From positions 4,768 through 68,767 of the forward strand of contig CAMYJO010000002.1 of the NCBI GenBank assembly GCA_947258755.1: 64,000 nt of DNA, written 5' to 3'. Under the pieces are notes generated by a model that did no database searches, had not been told where the DNA came from, and saw nothing but the letters and a program-made list of their open reading frames with translations. The position numbers and the translations under genes are program-made. The stretch is from an uncultured Gammaproteobacteria bacterium (GTDB lineage: Bacteria > Pseudomonadota > Gammaproteobacteria > JAADHQ01). Every line of letters begins with the position of its first letter. Within the stretch, counting starts at the first letter, position 1. Below, one piece after another: positions 39,893 to 50,864 of this stretch.

Positions 39893-39970
39893 TAGTCCCT
39901 CCGATTCACAAGCTTCTGCTAAATAGTGCATAATAGTATGACATTCACAGCAAGCGATTTTTATTGTGCC

Positions 39971-41440
39971 ATGAAATACCGCGATTTAAGAGACTTTATC
40001 CAACAGCTCGAACACAAAGGCCTGCTAAAGCGTATTAGCGCGGAAGTCGATCCGGCCCTGGAGGTCACCGAAATCTGTGACCGTACGCTCAAGGCCGGCG
40101 GTCCGGCACTGCTGTTTGAAAATCCGCGCGGCTCATCGATACCGCTATTGGCCAACCTGTTCGGCACCCCCGAGCGCGTTGCCATGGGCATGGGCGAAGA
40201 TTCGGTACAGGCATTACGCGAGGTCGGAAAATTACTCGCGTTTTTGAAGGAGCCTGAGCCACCGAAAGGCATGAAGGACGCGTGGGAAAAACTACCGGTA
40301 TTCAAACAGGTCTTGAACATGGCGCCCAAGGTTGTCAAAAAGGCCGCCTGTCAGCAGGTGGTCATTGAGGCCGATGATGTCGATCTTGGCCAATTACCGA
40401 TACAGACCTGCTGGCCGGGTGATGCGGCGCCGTTGATCACCTGGGCACTGGTCGTGACCCGTGGTCCGCACAAGGACAGACAGAACCTCGGTATTTATCG
40501 TCAACAGGTGATCGGCAGGAATCGTGTCGTCATGCGCTGGCTTGCCCATCGCGGTGGTGCGCTGGACTTCAAAGACTGGTGCCTGCAACACCCGGGGGAA
40601 CCGTTTCCGGTGGCCGTCGCCCTTGGTGCCGATCCGGCGACGATCCTCGGTGCGGTCACGCCGGTGCCGGATTCCTTATCAGAATATGCGTTCGCCGGAC
40701 TGTTACGCGGCGACAAGACCGAGGTGGTCAAATGCATCGGTAGTGAGCTGCAGGTGCCGGCCTCGGCTGAATTTGTCCTTGAGGGTCATATCTATCCGGA
40801 TGACATGGCCGATGAAGGTCCCTTTGGCGATCATACCGGCTACTATAACGAGGTCGAACGTTTTCCGGTATTCACGATAGAGCGCATCACCCATCGCCGC
40901 GACCCTATCTATCACAGCACCTATACCGGTCGACCGCCGGATGAGCCGGCGATCCTCGGTGTGGCACTGAACGAGGTGTTCGTACCGATCCTGCAAAAAC
41001 AGTTTCCGGAGATTTGTGATTTCTATCTACCACCGGAAGGCTGTTCGTACCGCGTTGCCGTGGTCAGTATGAAAAAACAGTACCCGGGTCACGCCAAGCG
41101 CATTATGCTCGGGGTCTGGTCGTTCCTGCGCCAGTTCATGTATACAAAATTTGTGATTGTGGTTGATGACGATGTCAACGTGCGTGACTGGAAGGATGTG
41201 ATCTGGGCCATGACCACACGCATGGACCCGGCACGCGACACCACCCTGATCGAGAATACACCGATAGACTATCTCGATTTTGCTTCACCGGTCTCCGGGC
41301 TCGGTAGCAAGGCAGGCTTCGATGCCACCAACAAATGGCCGGGCGAGACTCAACGTGAGTGGGGTACGCCAATCGAGATGTCGAATGAGGTTATAGAACG
41401 CGTCGATGCTATCTGGGAGTCGCTCGGCATCCTCAAATAA
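39971..41440 (+). CDS. ubiD: UbiD polyprenyl-4-hydroxybenzoate decarboxylase
   Basis: [40 protein letters not shown]. Confidence 0.96.
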   Translation: MKYRDLRDFIQQLEHKGLLKRISAEVDPALEVTEICDRTLKAGGPALLFENPRGSSIPLLANLFGTPERVAMGMGEDSVQALREVGKLLAFLKEPEPPKGMKDAWEKLPVFKQVLNMAPKVVKKAACQQVVIEADDVDLGQLPIQTCWPGDAAPLITWALVVTRGPHKDRQNLGIYRQQVIGRNRVVMRWLAHRGGALDFKDWCLQHPGEPFPVAVALGADPATILGAVTPVPDSLSEYAFAGLLRGDKTEVVKCIGSELQVPASAEFVLEGHIYPDDMADEGPFGDHTGYYNEVERFPVFTIERITHRRDPIYHSTYTGRPPDEPAILGVALNEVFVPILQKQFPEICDFYLPPEGCSYRVAVVSMKKQYPGHAKRIMLGVWSFLRQFMYTKFVIVVDDDVNVRDWKDVIWAMTTRMDPARDTTLIENTPIDYLDFASPVSGLGSKAGFDATNKWPGETQREWGTPIEMSNEVIERVDAIWESLGILK

Positions 41441-41495
41441 GTCCCCCTCGACTGCAGCCGTGCCATTGAGCAAACGCTTTATATAGTGCTATGGT

Positions 41496-42179
41496 ATGTC
41501 CTTCTGCATCTACAGAAGGGATGGGGGCGTGCGCACAATAATGGTACTCAACACCAAGGGCGGCTGTGGCAAATCCACTGTAGCCACCAATCTGGCCAGT
41601 TATTTTGCCTATGAACAGGAACTCAATGTCGCTCTGGAAGACTTCGACCCACAGGGTTCGAGCATGGACTGGCTCCAGGCTCGTCCCGATTATTATCCGG
41701 AAATCAAAGGTATACGAGCCTACCAGGACCCGGCGCGGGCACCCAAAAATACCGATGTTGTTATTATCGATGCACCGGCGGCCACCTATGGCAAGGATAT
41801 GAGTTCACTGGTACGTCGTGCCGACACGATCCTGATCCCGGTACTGCCATCGCCGATAGATATCCGTGCCGCCGCGCAGTTTATCCATGACCTGTTGCTG
41901 CAAGGCAAGGTGTCGCGCAAGCAGACACGCATCGCGGTCGTTGCCAATCGCGTACGTGAGAATACTCGCGTTTATCACACCCTGGAAAAATTTCTGAAAA
42001 GCCTGAAAATCCCGTTTATCGCCACGCTACGCGATACCCAGAACTACATCCGTTCGGCCGAACAGGGTATCGGTATTTTTGAAATGGCGCCCTCCAGTGT
42101 CTATAAGGACCTGGAACAATGGGAGCGCCTGACACGTTGGTTACGCAGCAAACGCAGCCTGCCGGAAGCGGCCAAGTAA
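41496..42179 (+). CDS. Orphan ParA-family ATPase; start uncertain
   Basis: KGGCGKST deviant Walker A, DFDPQGS, IDAP, PSPIDI. Confidence 0.88.
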   Translation: MSFCIYRRDGGVRTIMVLNTKGGCGKSTVATNLASYFAYEQELNVALEDFDPQGSSMDWLQARPDYYPEIKGIRAYQDPARAPKNTDVVIIDAPAATYGKDMSSLVRRADTILIPVLPSPIDIRAAAQFIHDLLLQGKVSRKQTRIAVVANRVRENTRVYHTLEKFLKSLKIPFIATLRDTQNYIRSAEQGIGIFEMAPSSVYKDLEQWERLTRWLRSKRSLPEAAK

Positions 42180-42292
42180 CACAATAGACACAAATCCACA
42201 GAAAAAACAGGTAAAGACCCTAGAAGCCAAGGGTTTTAATAGGTCATTAATTAAGCGAGAATGCTTGTCCCTTTCGCCTATTACAAGTATCC

Positions 42293-43309
42293 ATGAAGTA
42301 TCAAGTCAAACTACCCACCACCGGGCATAGCTTCACGGCCAATGCCGACGAAACCATCCTTGCAGCCGCCTTACACTCCAGTGTCAGTCTGCCCTATGGT
42401 TGTCGCGGTGGCCGTTGTGGTGCCTGCAAGGGCAAGATACTGAAGGGTGAGATACGCTACAAGGAAACGCCAAAGGGCCTGACAGAGCAAATGCAGCAAC
42501 ATAACTATGCGCTGTTATGCCAGGCGCATGCCTGTTCAGACCTCGAGATCGCTGTCGACGAGGTCGACAAGTTCAGTAAAATAAAAATAATGAACATGCC
42601 AGCCAAGGTCGCCAGGCTCGAGCAGCTGTCGCATGACGTCATGCGCGTTTATCTCAAGTTACCCGAGAATATTCGCATGCAGTTTTTTGCCGGCCAGTAT
42701 CTGGACATCATTCAGGACACCGGTGAACACCGCAGTTTCTCGATCGCTAATGCGCCGCATGATGATGAGCTGGTTGAGCTACATATTCGCCACATCGACG
42801 GTGGCGAATACACCCAATACATCTTCGATCGCATGAAAATCGGTGAAATCCTGCGTATTGAGGCGCCGCTGGGTAATTTTACGCTGAATGAGTCTTCACC
42901 ACGTCCGATGGTACTGATGGCAGGCGGCACAGGCTTTGCGCCTTTGAAGGGTATGCTTGAACACGCCTTCCATATCGGTCTGGAAAAACCCATGCACCTG
43001 TTCTGGGGCGTGCGTTCGCGCCGAGATCTGTACATGCCGGACCTGCCGCTGGAATGGGCGCGCCGCTACCCGCTGTTCCGTTATACACCGGTGTTGTCAG
43101 AACCCCAGGCGGATGACAACTGGACTGGTGAGACCGGCCTGGTGCACGAAACCGTTATGCAGCACTACCCTGATATGAAAGACCTGGATATCTATATGAG
43201 TGGCTCCCCGGAAATGGTCTACACCGCACGTGACTGCTTTATGAAGCTGGGCGTGGCCGAAAAACAACTGTTTTCGGACGCCTTCGAATTTAATTCCCAG
43301 ATGGACTGA
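42293..43309 (+). CDS. 2Fe-2S/FAD NAD(P)H reductase (AscD/RfbI-like)
   Basis: CRGGRCGAC, RSFSIA, AGGTGFAP, YMSGSP. Confidence 0.9.
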   Translation: MKYQVKLPTTGHSFTANADETILAAALHSSVSLPYGCRGGRCGACKGKILKGEIRYKETPKGLTEQMQQHNYALLCQAHACSDLEIAVDEVDKFSKIKIMNMPAKVARLEQLSHDVMRVYLKLPENIRMQFFAGQYLDIIQDTGEHRSFSIANAPHDDELVELHIRHIDGGEYTQYIFDRMKIGEILRIEAPLGNFTLNESSPRPMVLMAGGTGFAPLKGMLEHAFHIGLEKPMHLFWGVRSRRDLYMPDLPLEWARRYPLFRYTPVLSEPQADDNWTGETGLVHETVMQHYPDMKDLDIYMSGSPEMVYTARDCFMKLGVAEKQLFSDAFEFNSQMD

Positions 43310-43588
43310 TAGCCCCACCACCCCCTCCCGATCGCGAAAATCACAGCCCAGCTCAATAACTGCCGCCGATGGTCGCTATATCGTCTGCATGGATAGCAAA
43401 GGACGAACGAAAGCTGGCCTTATATTTAGGATTATCAGGAGATTACACTGATTTTCACAATATAATAGTGTATATTGGCCCGCATTATTACAATGTCCAA
43501 ATTTGTCAAGAAAAACATAACAAGCGTCAATTTTGCATTACAGTGGCGTTTACTCATGATAATAATTTGAAGGGACTAAAACCCGCAT

Positions 43589-45004
43589 ATGTATGACGAA
43601 AAATCGAAATATATAGGAAGGCTACTGTTCCTGCTGGACAGCCTGTTAACGCTGGTCGCATTGATTCTTGCCTATTGGTTCTCTCATTATTTTCTGCACC
43701 CGGAAAAACGCGAGCTGATCCATTACCTGGCTATATACATGATTCTGTCGGCGCCACTCGGTTATCTATTATTACGCTTTGGTGCCTATACCGGCTTGCG
43801 TATCGTCTCAATCGCAGCGTTCGCGTGGAAGGTGGCCAAGGCGCTGGGTATCAGCATCGGCATCCTGATGATCATACTGTTCCTGCTGGATGCCAGTTTC
43901 GTTACACGCGGCTTTTTGGTGACCTTTGCCATTCTCACCTTCAGCCTTCTGGTCGGTGTCAGGGGGGCGCTACATTGGTGGTACTTCCTCCGCTTTGCAC
44001 AGAAAGGCGAAAATTATCACCGCGTCATTATTATCGGTACCGGCGATCGTGCGGTAAAACTATCCAGGGCACTGAAAGAAAAACTGGAATGGGGCATTTA
44101 TATCGTAGGTTATCTCGATGTCGACTCAGACCGCACCGGGCAGGAACTGGAAGGTTCACCGGTGTTGGGCACGATAGACAAGGTCAGTGAGATCCTGACC
44201 TCGCAGGTCATCGATGAAATTATTTTGGCGGTACCGCGCTCGATGATCAGCGATGTTGAAGGCATCGTCGATGCCTGTGAAGAAGAAGGCGTCAAGTTCA
44301 GCTGGATGGCCGACATGTTCGACCTGCGCGTTGCCCGCATGCGCCTGTTCGAATGTGGTGACATTCCAATCCTGACCTTTGAACCGGTTGCGCAGAGTGA
44401 AGTGAAATTGATGATCAAGCGTATTGTCGATTTGTTCCTGGTCATGCTGGCCTTGCCGTTGCTGCTGCCAATCATGCTGATCATCGTCATTGCCATCAGG
44501 CTCGACTCACCTGGCCCGGCCTTTTTCGTGCAACACCGCGTCGGTCTGCGAAAGCGCCTGTTCCCATTACTTAAATTCCGGTCGATGTATATGGACGCTG
44601 AAGAACGGATAAAAGAAATCGAACACCTGAACGAGGCCGATGGTCCTATATTCAAAATAAAGGATGATCCGCGAGTAACCCGGGTGGGTAAGTTCATCCG
44701 CAAAACCAGTCTCGATGAGCTGCCGCAGTTATTAAACGTGTTCCGCGGTCACATGAGTCTGGTCGGACCAAGACCGATGTCGCAGCGTGACGTCAACCTG
44801 TTCGATAAAGGCATACAAAGAAAGCGTTTCAGTGTACGTCCTGGCATCACCTGTTTGTGGCAAGTGTCGGGTAGAAGCGATCTACCATTCGACCAGTGGC
44901 TGGCACTGGATCTAAAATACATCGACAACTGGTCTTTATCACTGGATTTTAAAATCCTGCTTAAAACCATTCCCGCTGTTCTGCGTGGTAGTGGCGCCAC
45001 TTGA
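43589..45004 (+). CDS. Priming polyprenyl-phosphate glycosylphosphotransferase (WcaJ/WbaP-like)
   Basis: N-terminal TMs, IIGTG, KRIVD, KFRSM, DPRVT..G.FIRKTSLDELPQ, SLVGPRP, PGIT. Confidence 0.92.
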   Translation: MYDEKSKYIGRLLFLLDSLLTLVALILAYWFSHYFLHPEKRELIHYLAIYMILSAPLGYLLLRFGAYTGLRIVSIAAFAWKVAKALGISIGILMIILFLLDASFVTRGFLVTFAILTFSLLVGVRGALHWWYFLRFAQKGENYHRVIIIGTGDRAVKLSRALKEKLEWGIYIVGYLDVDSDRTGQELEGSPVLGTIDKVSEILTSQVIDEIILAVPRSMISDVEGIVDACEEEGVKFSWMADMFDLRVARMRLFECGDIPILTFEPVAQSEVKLMIKRIVDLFLVMLALPLLLPIMLIIVIAIRLDSPGPAFFVQHRVGLRKRLFPLLKFRSMYMDAEERIKEIEHLNEADGPIFKIKDDPRVTRVGKFIRKTSLDELPQLLNVFRGHMSLVGPRPMSQRDVNLFDKGIQRKRFSVRPGITCLWQVSGRSDLPFDQWLALDLKYIDNWSLSLDFKILLKTIPAVLRGSGAT

Positions 45005-45055
45005 TGTTTGCTCAATAAAACGGACGGGATGCAATATTTTTCTTCACTGATAAAG

Positions 45056-45853
45056 CTAACTGTCCTGTTGTCTTGAAAGCCTTATCAATGCCTGCACAAT
45101 AGCATCATCACTGGCCGTTTCAGCAACCACCGCTGCGGCCTGCAACCCTTTGGCATGGGCCTTTTTCAGAACGCGCTCACTGATAACAACAAACGGCGTA
45201 TGCCGCAGATAGGCTTGCGCCTGGTCGTCGAGCAGAATGATCAGATTATCCAGGCCTTGCTCGCTGGTAATGATGACGGCACGTTTACTTGCCTGCAACC
45301 AAGGCGCCAGATGCGTTTGCACATCCAGTTCGGGCAGCGCTCTTCGGTATACATTGGCATAGCTTAATTGCGCGCCTCTTTCTATCAAGGTGTCGCCGAG
45401 TAACGGCCTTCCGCCTTCGCCACGCACAATAATAATACGGCGGCCCGCCACCTGCTGTAAGGCCGGCATCGCCAGTAATGCTTCGCTATTGAAATTAGAT
45501 TCGGGGACAAGATCTGCGTGCCAGCCGAATTGTTCAAGCGTGCTTGCAGTTGATCGACCGACTGCGGCTATATCCAGCCCTGCAGGACGGGTGTATTGAT
45601 CAGGTAGCAACTCGAACATAAAGCGCACGGCATTGGCACTGACGAAAATAGCGAGATCGAATTGATCAAGCCTATCCAACAACTCATGTAAACCCGACTG
45701 ATCACTGCCTGGCAGGATATCAATGACAGGAAAGCGGAGCGGCTTGCCACCGGCGTGTTCGATCATTTGACACAGGCCTTCGGCCTGCTCGCGTGGCCGC
45801 GTGACCAACACGGACCAGCCATTCAGTACTGTCTGTGGATCCTTGGCCGACAT
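45056..45853 (-). CDS. hemD: Uroporphyrinogen-III synthase
   Basis: LVTRP, FVSANAV, AVGRST, FNSEAL, RGEGGR..LG..L..RGA, VYRR. Confidence 0.93.
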   Translation of the reverse strand: MSAKDPQTVLNGWSVLVTRPREQAEGLCQMIEHAGGKPLRFPVIDILPGSDQSGLHELLDRLDQFDLAIFVSANAVRFMFELLPDQYTRPAGLDIAAVGRSTASTLEQFGWHADLVPESNFNSEALLAMPALQQVAGRRIIIVRGEGGRPLLGDTLIERGAQLSYANVYRRALPELDVQTHLAPWLQASKRAVIITSEQGLDNLIILLDDQAQAYLRHTPFVVISERVLKKAHAKGLQAAAVVAETASDDAIVQALIRLSRQQDS

Positions 45854-45871
45854 GTCGATCAGCGGCAGCCG

Positions 45872-46810
45872 CTATTCCTGATGACTTGCATAGACTTCCT
45901 GTAAGATCGCATCCGCGCCGCGCGCAAGCAGGTCCTGACCGAGCACATCGCCAAGCTCTTCGGCATCGCCCGGTCGCCCACTGATGACGCCATGCACGAT
46001 TTCGGTACCATCGGGGCGCCCGACCAGTCCGCGAATAACAATAACGCCCTGTTCGATTTCAGCAAAACCGCCGATCGGTACCTGGCAGCCACCCTGTAAG
46101 CGCGCATTCATGGCCCGCTCTGCCATTACCCGCGTATGTGTTTTGTCATCATCCAGCGCCGCCAGTAATGTCTCAACCTCACTGTCACCCTGACGACATT
46201 CTATACCGATGGCGCCCTGTGCAATCGCCGGTAACATCACCTGCGGCGCAAGGGTTTCGCGGATACGCTCATGCATGCCCAGTCGTATCAGGCCGGCGCT
46301 GGCCAGGATAATGGCCTGATAGTCACCCTGATCGAGTTTTGCCAGACGCGTATTCACGTTACCGCGCAGTTCCAGTATTTTCAGGTCAGGTCGCAATTCC
46401 GCCAACTGACAACGCCGGCGCAGACTGGAGGTACCAACCACGGCACCCTGGGGGAGCGCCTCCAGACTCTCGACATCATTGGATACAAACGCATCGCGCG
46501 GGTCTTCGCGTTCGAGAATGACCGGTATATGCAGGCCTTCTGGCAGCTCCACCGGCACATCCTTCATGGAATGGACGGCGATATCGCTCTCCTGACGCAA
46601 CATACTCTGCTCCAGCTCCTTGACGAACAGGCCCTTGCCGCCAATTTTCGCCAGCGGCGAGTCCAGTACCCGGTCCCCCTGGGTGGTCATGGTCACCAGC
46701 TCGATTTGCAGGCCAGGATGGCATTCCTGCAGGCGCTTACCAACAAATTCTGCCTGCCATAAGGCCAATTGGCTCTTACGTGTTGCGATACGGATACGTT
46801 CAAGACTCAT
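45872..46810 (-). CDS. hemC: Hydroxymethylbilane synthase
   Basis: [50 protein letters not shown]. Confidence 0.97.
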   Translation of the reverse strand: MSLERIRIATRKSQLALWQAEFVGKRLQECHPGLQIELVTMTTQGDRVLDSPLAKIGGKGLFVKELEQSMLRQESDIAVHSMKDVPVELPEGLHIPVILEREDPRDAFVSNDVESLEALPQGAVVGTSSLRRRCQLAELRPDLKILELRGNVNTRLAKLDQGDYQAIILASAGLIRLGMHERIRETLAPQVMLPAIAQGAIGIECRQGDSEVETLLAALDDDKTHTRVMAERAMNARLQGGCQVPIGGFAEIEQGVIVIRGLVGRPDGTEIVHGVISGRPGDAEELGDVLGQDLLARGADAILQEVYASHQE

Positions 46811-47013
46811 GTTGCTTCCTGTAAATATATTAAATAACTCAATAAGTTATGTAAATTATAACACAATTTTAGCCCTCATTGAGCCGCCCTGTGTATACAA
46901 TATGTGGCTAATTATGACAGAATAGCTAACCATATTGCTGTGCTTTCTGTGCAACTTGAGGTCCGCATAGGGGTCTAAATAACTGTAGAAAAAATATAGG
47001 TATAGAGTCGGAA

Positions 47014-47535
47014 ATGAGAGAGTCAAAACTACAATTCATGGTTATCATGCTGGCCATTATGTCACTCGGCGTGATATCGGCCGGCGCCGCCAAACCGACG
47101 GTCGAGGTTAAGCAAACCACTGACCTGGCCAAACTCGGTGCTATCGCCAGCGAAAAAAATGTACCGATACTGCTGGTGTTCTCGGCCGAGCATTGTACTT
47201 ATTGCGAGTTGCTCGAGGATGAGATCCTCAAGCCCATGCTGCTCAGCGGCGAATATCGTCAACGCGCGCTGATCTATAAGGTGATGGTCGATGATAGCAC
47301 TGAGCTACGTGACTTCAATGGCAACTTCATCAGCGCCGATACCCTGATGCATCGTTATAATGTGTTTGTCACGCCGACAACACTGTTCCTGGATAACAAT
47401 GGTAAGGAACTGAGCGAACGCTTGCTCGGCATCAATACCGTGGAAATGTTCGGCGGACTCGTTGACCAGGCCATCGATACGTCACTTGAGCAATTACGTA
47501 ACGGCAGTAAACAACTGGCTAGCAGCAGGCCCTAA
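47014..47535 (+). CDS. Exported thioredoxin-fold protein (SoxW-like)
   Basis: Signal/anchor helix; CTYC; VFVTPT cis-Pro loop. Confidence 0.8.
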   Translation: MRESKLQFMVIMLAIMSLGVISAGAAKPTVEVKQTTDLAKLGAIASEKNVPILLVFSAEHCTYCELLEDEILKPMLLSGEYRQRALIYKVMVDDSTELRDFNGNFISADTLMHRYNVFVTPTTLFLDNNGKELSERLLGINTVEMFGGLVDQAIDTSLEQLRNGSKQLASSRP

Positions 47536-47559
47536 GTCGCTGATCGACAGACAACAAGC

Positions 47560-48288
47560 CTAACCCATATTTTTGATAATTTTCCTGACAGCCGACACAT
47601 GCCGTCGGCTGACATCTATCGCCGTATGGCTTTCCTTCAGCACAATATGGTGACTGCCGTCTGCGGACTTTTGCAATGACTCTATCGCCTCCCTGGCCAC
47701 CAGGGCGTTGCGGTGCACACGGATAAAATCATTGGTAAATTCTTGCTCCAGGGACTTCAGTGACTCCTCAATCAAGGTCTCGCCATCAGCGGTGACGACA
47801 CTGATATATTTCTGGTCGGCCATAAAGAACAGAATACTGTGAAGCGGTATCAAGCTAACACGGTTATGGCTACGCGCGCAGATATGGGTCCTGGCCTCCT
47901 CGCCGGGCGCATTGATATGCGCCAGTTGCACGCGATTGAGTTTGCCGGCTTTGCCCAATGATACGGCCAGTCTCTCCTTTCTAACCGGCTTCAGTAAATA
48001 GTCTACGGCCTGAGTCTCAAAGGCCTGCAAGGCATGCTCATCAAATGCCGTGGTAAAAATAACCGCCGGTGGCTGTTCCTGCTCCATTAGATGGCGTGCC
48101 GTTTCGATACCACCCATGCCTGGCATGCGTATATCCAGCAGCACTACCTCGGGTTGTAGCGCCTCACTCATCTCCAAGGCCTGTTCGCCACTGCTGGCCT
48201 CACCCATGACCTCATGGCCAAGCTCTTCCAAGATCGCGCGCAGCCGTAGACGTGCCGGCATCTCATCATCGGTGATCAACACCTTCAT
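47560..48288 (-). CDS. algR: LytTR response regulator, AlgR-like
   Basis: DDE, LDIRMP, TAF, KP receiver; FIRVHRNALV LytTR; synteny with algZ and hemC. Confidence 0.88.
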   Translation of the reverse strand: MKVLITDDEMPARLRLRAILEELGHEVMGEASSGEQALEMSEALQPEVVLLDIRMPGMGGIETARHLMEQEQPPAVIFTTAFDEHALQAFETQAVDYLLKPVRKERLAVSLGKAGKLNRVQLAHINAPGEEARTHICARSHNRVSLIPLHSILFFMADQKYISVVTADGETLIEESLKSLEQEFTNDFIRVHRNALVAREAIESLQKSADGSHHIVLKESHTAIDVSRRHVSAVRKIIKNMG

Positions 48289-49343
48289 AGCTGCTCCCGG
48301 TAAGGAAATCTAATCTCGATCTCGCAGCTGTGTTGCTGGCGTTTAATACTGAGACCGGCATCTCCACCAAAGCTCATCTGCAGGCGTTCATTGATATTAT
48401 CCATGGCCATCTGGTTGCCGCCGGAACGCCGCGACTGCTGCGGTGGCAGACAAGGATTACTGATCTGGATACTGAGCATCTGCCCCTGCTGCGTTCCATG
48501 CAGCACTATTTCGCCACCTTCCGCTAGCATTTCAATGCCATGAAAAATAGCGTTTTCAAGTAAAGGCTGTAAGGTCAACACCGGTAACAGCGCATTCTCC
48601 GGTAAGTCATCGAGATGCCAGGTTACCTTGAGACGGTCACCGAGACGGAATTGCTCGATATGCAAATAACGCCGGGCGATTTGTATTTCTTCAGTCAGAC
48701 TGATCAGTTGCGAGGTTTTTCCAAGACTGGCGCGAAACAAATCCGACAAGTCTTCAACAGCGGCTTCTGCTTGTTCTGGCTGTGTGCGTATCAGTGCGGC
48801 AATGGTATTCATACTATTAAACAGGAAGTGCGGTCTGATTCTCGCCTGCAAGGCCTGTATACGTGCATCGGCATGGGCCTCGATATGAATCTTCTGCTGA
48901 TATTGCAGGTAGATCACGCGCAGGCTGATGCCGCTCAGGATCGCACTGATACCCAGAGTACGAAGTACGAAATCCAGATGTTGGTTCGTGCCGTGATCCA
49001 GACCCGCGTCCAGCATGAGCCAGTAGGTGGCCTCAGCCACCGCCAGGGTCACCAATAAAACGATCAGGTAGCTGACGATCCCGGCGACCCTGTCACCGAG
49101 TCCTGCCAGCCATTTGCGTAACAGGCATAACATGCCAATACTGCCTAATGCGATCCATTGTATTAATAATGAGAGCGTACCCAGCTTGTCCCATTCAAGT
49201 GACTCCTGGTAGGGCGTGGATAGCAGAATGGCAATTGCCAATAGCTCGGCCAGCACAACCACGGCAAAGACCATGCGGATATCGCAAAAGTTGGGCAGAA
49301 ATATCGATTCATCCTTATTCTCGGGATGCTGATCATTGTTCAT
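48285..49343 (-). CDS. algZ: Sensor kinase AlgZ/FimS
   Basis: [35 protein letters not shown]. Confidence 0.88.
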   Translation of the reverse strand: MNNDQHPENKDESIFLPNFCDIRMVFAVVVLAELLAIAILLSTPYQESLEWDKLGTLSLLIQWIALGSIGMLCLLRKWLAGLGDRVAGIVSYLIVLLVTLAVAEATYWLMLDAGLDHGTNQHLDFVLRTLGISAILSGISLRVIYLQYQQKIHIEAHADARIQALQARIRPHFLFNSMNTIAALIRTQPEQAEAAVEDLSDLFRASLGKTSQLISLTEEIQIARRYLHIEQFRLGDRLKVTWHLDDLPENALLPVLTLQPLLENAIFHGIEMLAEGGEIVLHGTQQGQMLSIQISNPCLPPQQSRRSGGNQMAMDNINERLQMSFGGDAGLSIKRQQHSCEIEIRFPYREQL

Positions 49344-49466
49344 GGCTGGCTTCCTGATGGTTCAATCCAGAACTTCGTTTATATTCTAGCCTATAATATA
49401 CGGTATCTGATAATATTAATGTTTCTGCTATACTCGCAGTCAGTTTCTTCAGCAGGATACCAGTCA

Positions 49467-50858
49467 ATGAGCCATAACAATAGCAAAGACAAACTCTGGA
49501 GTGGTCGCTTCAACGAACCAACCGATGCCTTTGTGCAAAAATTTACCGCCTCCGTCAATTTCGACAAACGCCTTTACAATTATGACATCAATGGCTCGAT
49601 CGCCCATGCGCGTATGCTCAGTAAAACCGGCATCCTGACTGCACAAGAATGTGAACACATCATCAAGGGCCTCGAAGACATCAGGGCCGAGATTGAATCC
49701 GGGAATTTCGCCTGGTCTGTCGAGCTCGAAGACGTGCATATGAATATTGAGGCACGCCTAACCGATCGTATTGGTGATGCCGGCAAAAAATTACATACCG
49801 GCCGTTCACGCAATGATCAGGTGGCCACCGATATCCGCCTGTACATGCGTGATGCTATCGACGCCATCCTCATTGAATTAACGCGTCTGCAACAAGGGCT
49901 GATCGATATTGCCGAACGCGAGGCCGATACCATCATGCCCGGGTTTACCCATTTGCAAGTAGCGCAGCCCATTACATTTGGACACCATATGCTTGCCTGG
50001 CAGGAAATGCTGGCGCGTGACCATAGTCGTTTGATCGATTGCCGCAAACGCATGAACATCATGCCTCTGGGCTCGGCAGCATTGGCAGGCACCAGCTATC
50101 CCATCGATCGCCAGCTGACCTGCGAGCAACTCGGCTTCGACGCACCGAGCGAAAACTCACTGGATGCTGTCAGTGATCGTGACTTTGCCATCGAGTTTAA
50201 TGCTGCCGCATCCATCTTGCTGACGCACATGTCACGCTTTTCTGAGGAATTGATCCTTTGGGCTTCGGCGCAATTTGATTTCATCGATTTACCGGACCGA
50301 TTCTGCACCGGCTCATCGATCATGCCACAAAAGAAAAACCCCGATGTGCCGGAACTGGTGCGTGGCAAGAGCGGGCGCGTTCACGGTAACCTGATGGCGC
50401 TGCTGACACTAATGAAGTCGCAACCGCTGGCCTATAACAAGGACAATCAGGAAGACAAGGAACCCTTGTTTGATACCGTCGACACCGTCATAGACTGTGT
50501 GCGTAGTTTTGCTGACATGATGCCTGCGGTACAAACCAAAAAAGATAATATGTACCAGGCCGCGCGCAGTGGCTTCTCTACCGCCACCGATCTGGCCGAT
50601 TACCTGGTACGCAAGGGTCTAGCGTTTCGTGATGCCCATGAGGTGGTCGGGCAGGCAGTACGCTTCGGCGTCGAAAACAACAAGGACCTATCCGATATGA
50701 GCCTGCAGGAACTACAGGGCTTTGATGGGCGCATTGAAAACGATGTCTTCGACGTGCTGACATTGGAAGGTTCGGTGAGTGCACGTGATCATATTGGCGG
50801 TACTGCACCTGCTCAGGTCAGAGCGTCTGTTGCGCGAGCGCGTGCATTACTGGCGTAA
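49467..50858 (+). CDS. argH: Argininosuccinate lyase
   Basis: [37 protein letters not shown] 49467. Confidence 0.97.
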   Translation: MSHNNSKDKLWSGRFNEPTDAFVQKFTASVNFDKRLYNYDINGSIAHARMLSKTGILTAQECEHIIKGLEDIRAEIESGNFAWSVELEDVHMNIEARLTDRIGDAGKKLHTGRSRNDQVATDIRLYMRDAIDAILIELTRLQQGLIDIAEREADTIMPGFTHLQVAQPITFGHHMLAWQEMLARDHSRLIDCRKRMNIMPLGSAALAGTSYPIDRQLTCEQLGFDAPSENSLDAVSDRDFAIEFNAAASILLTHMSRFSEELILWASAQFDFIDLPDRFCTGSSIMPQKKNPDVPELVRGKSGRVHGNLMALLTLMKSQPLAYNKDNQEDKEPLFDTVDTVIDCVRSFADMMPAVQTKKDNMYQAARSGFSTATDLADYLVRKGLAFRDAHEVVGQAVRFGVENNKDLSDMSLQELQGFDGRIENDVFDVLTLEGSVSARDHIGGTAPAQVRASVARARALLA

Positions 50859-50864
50859 CTGTGT

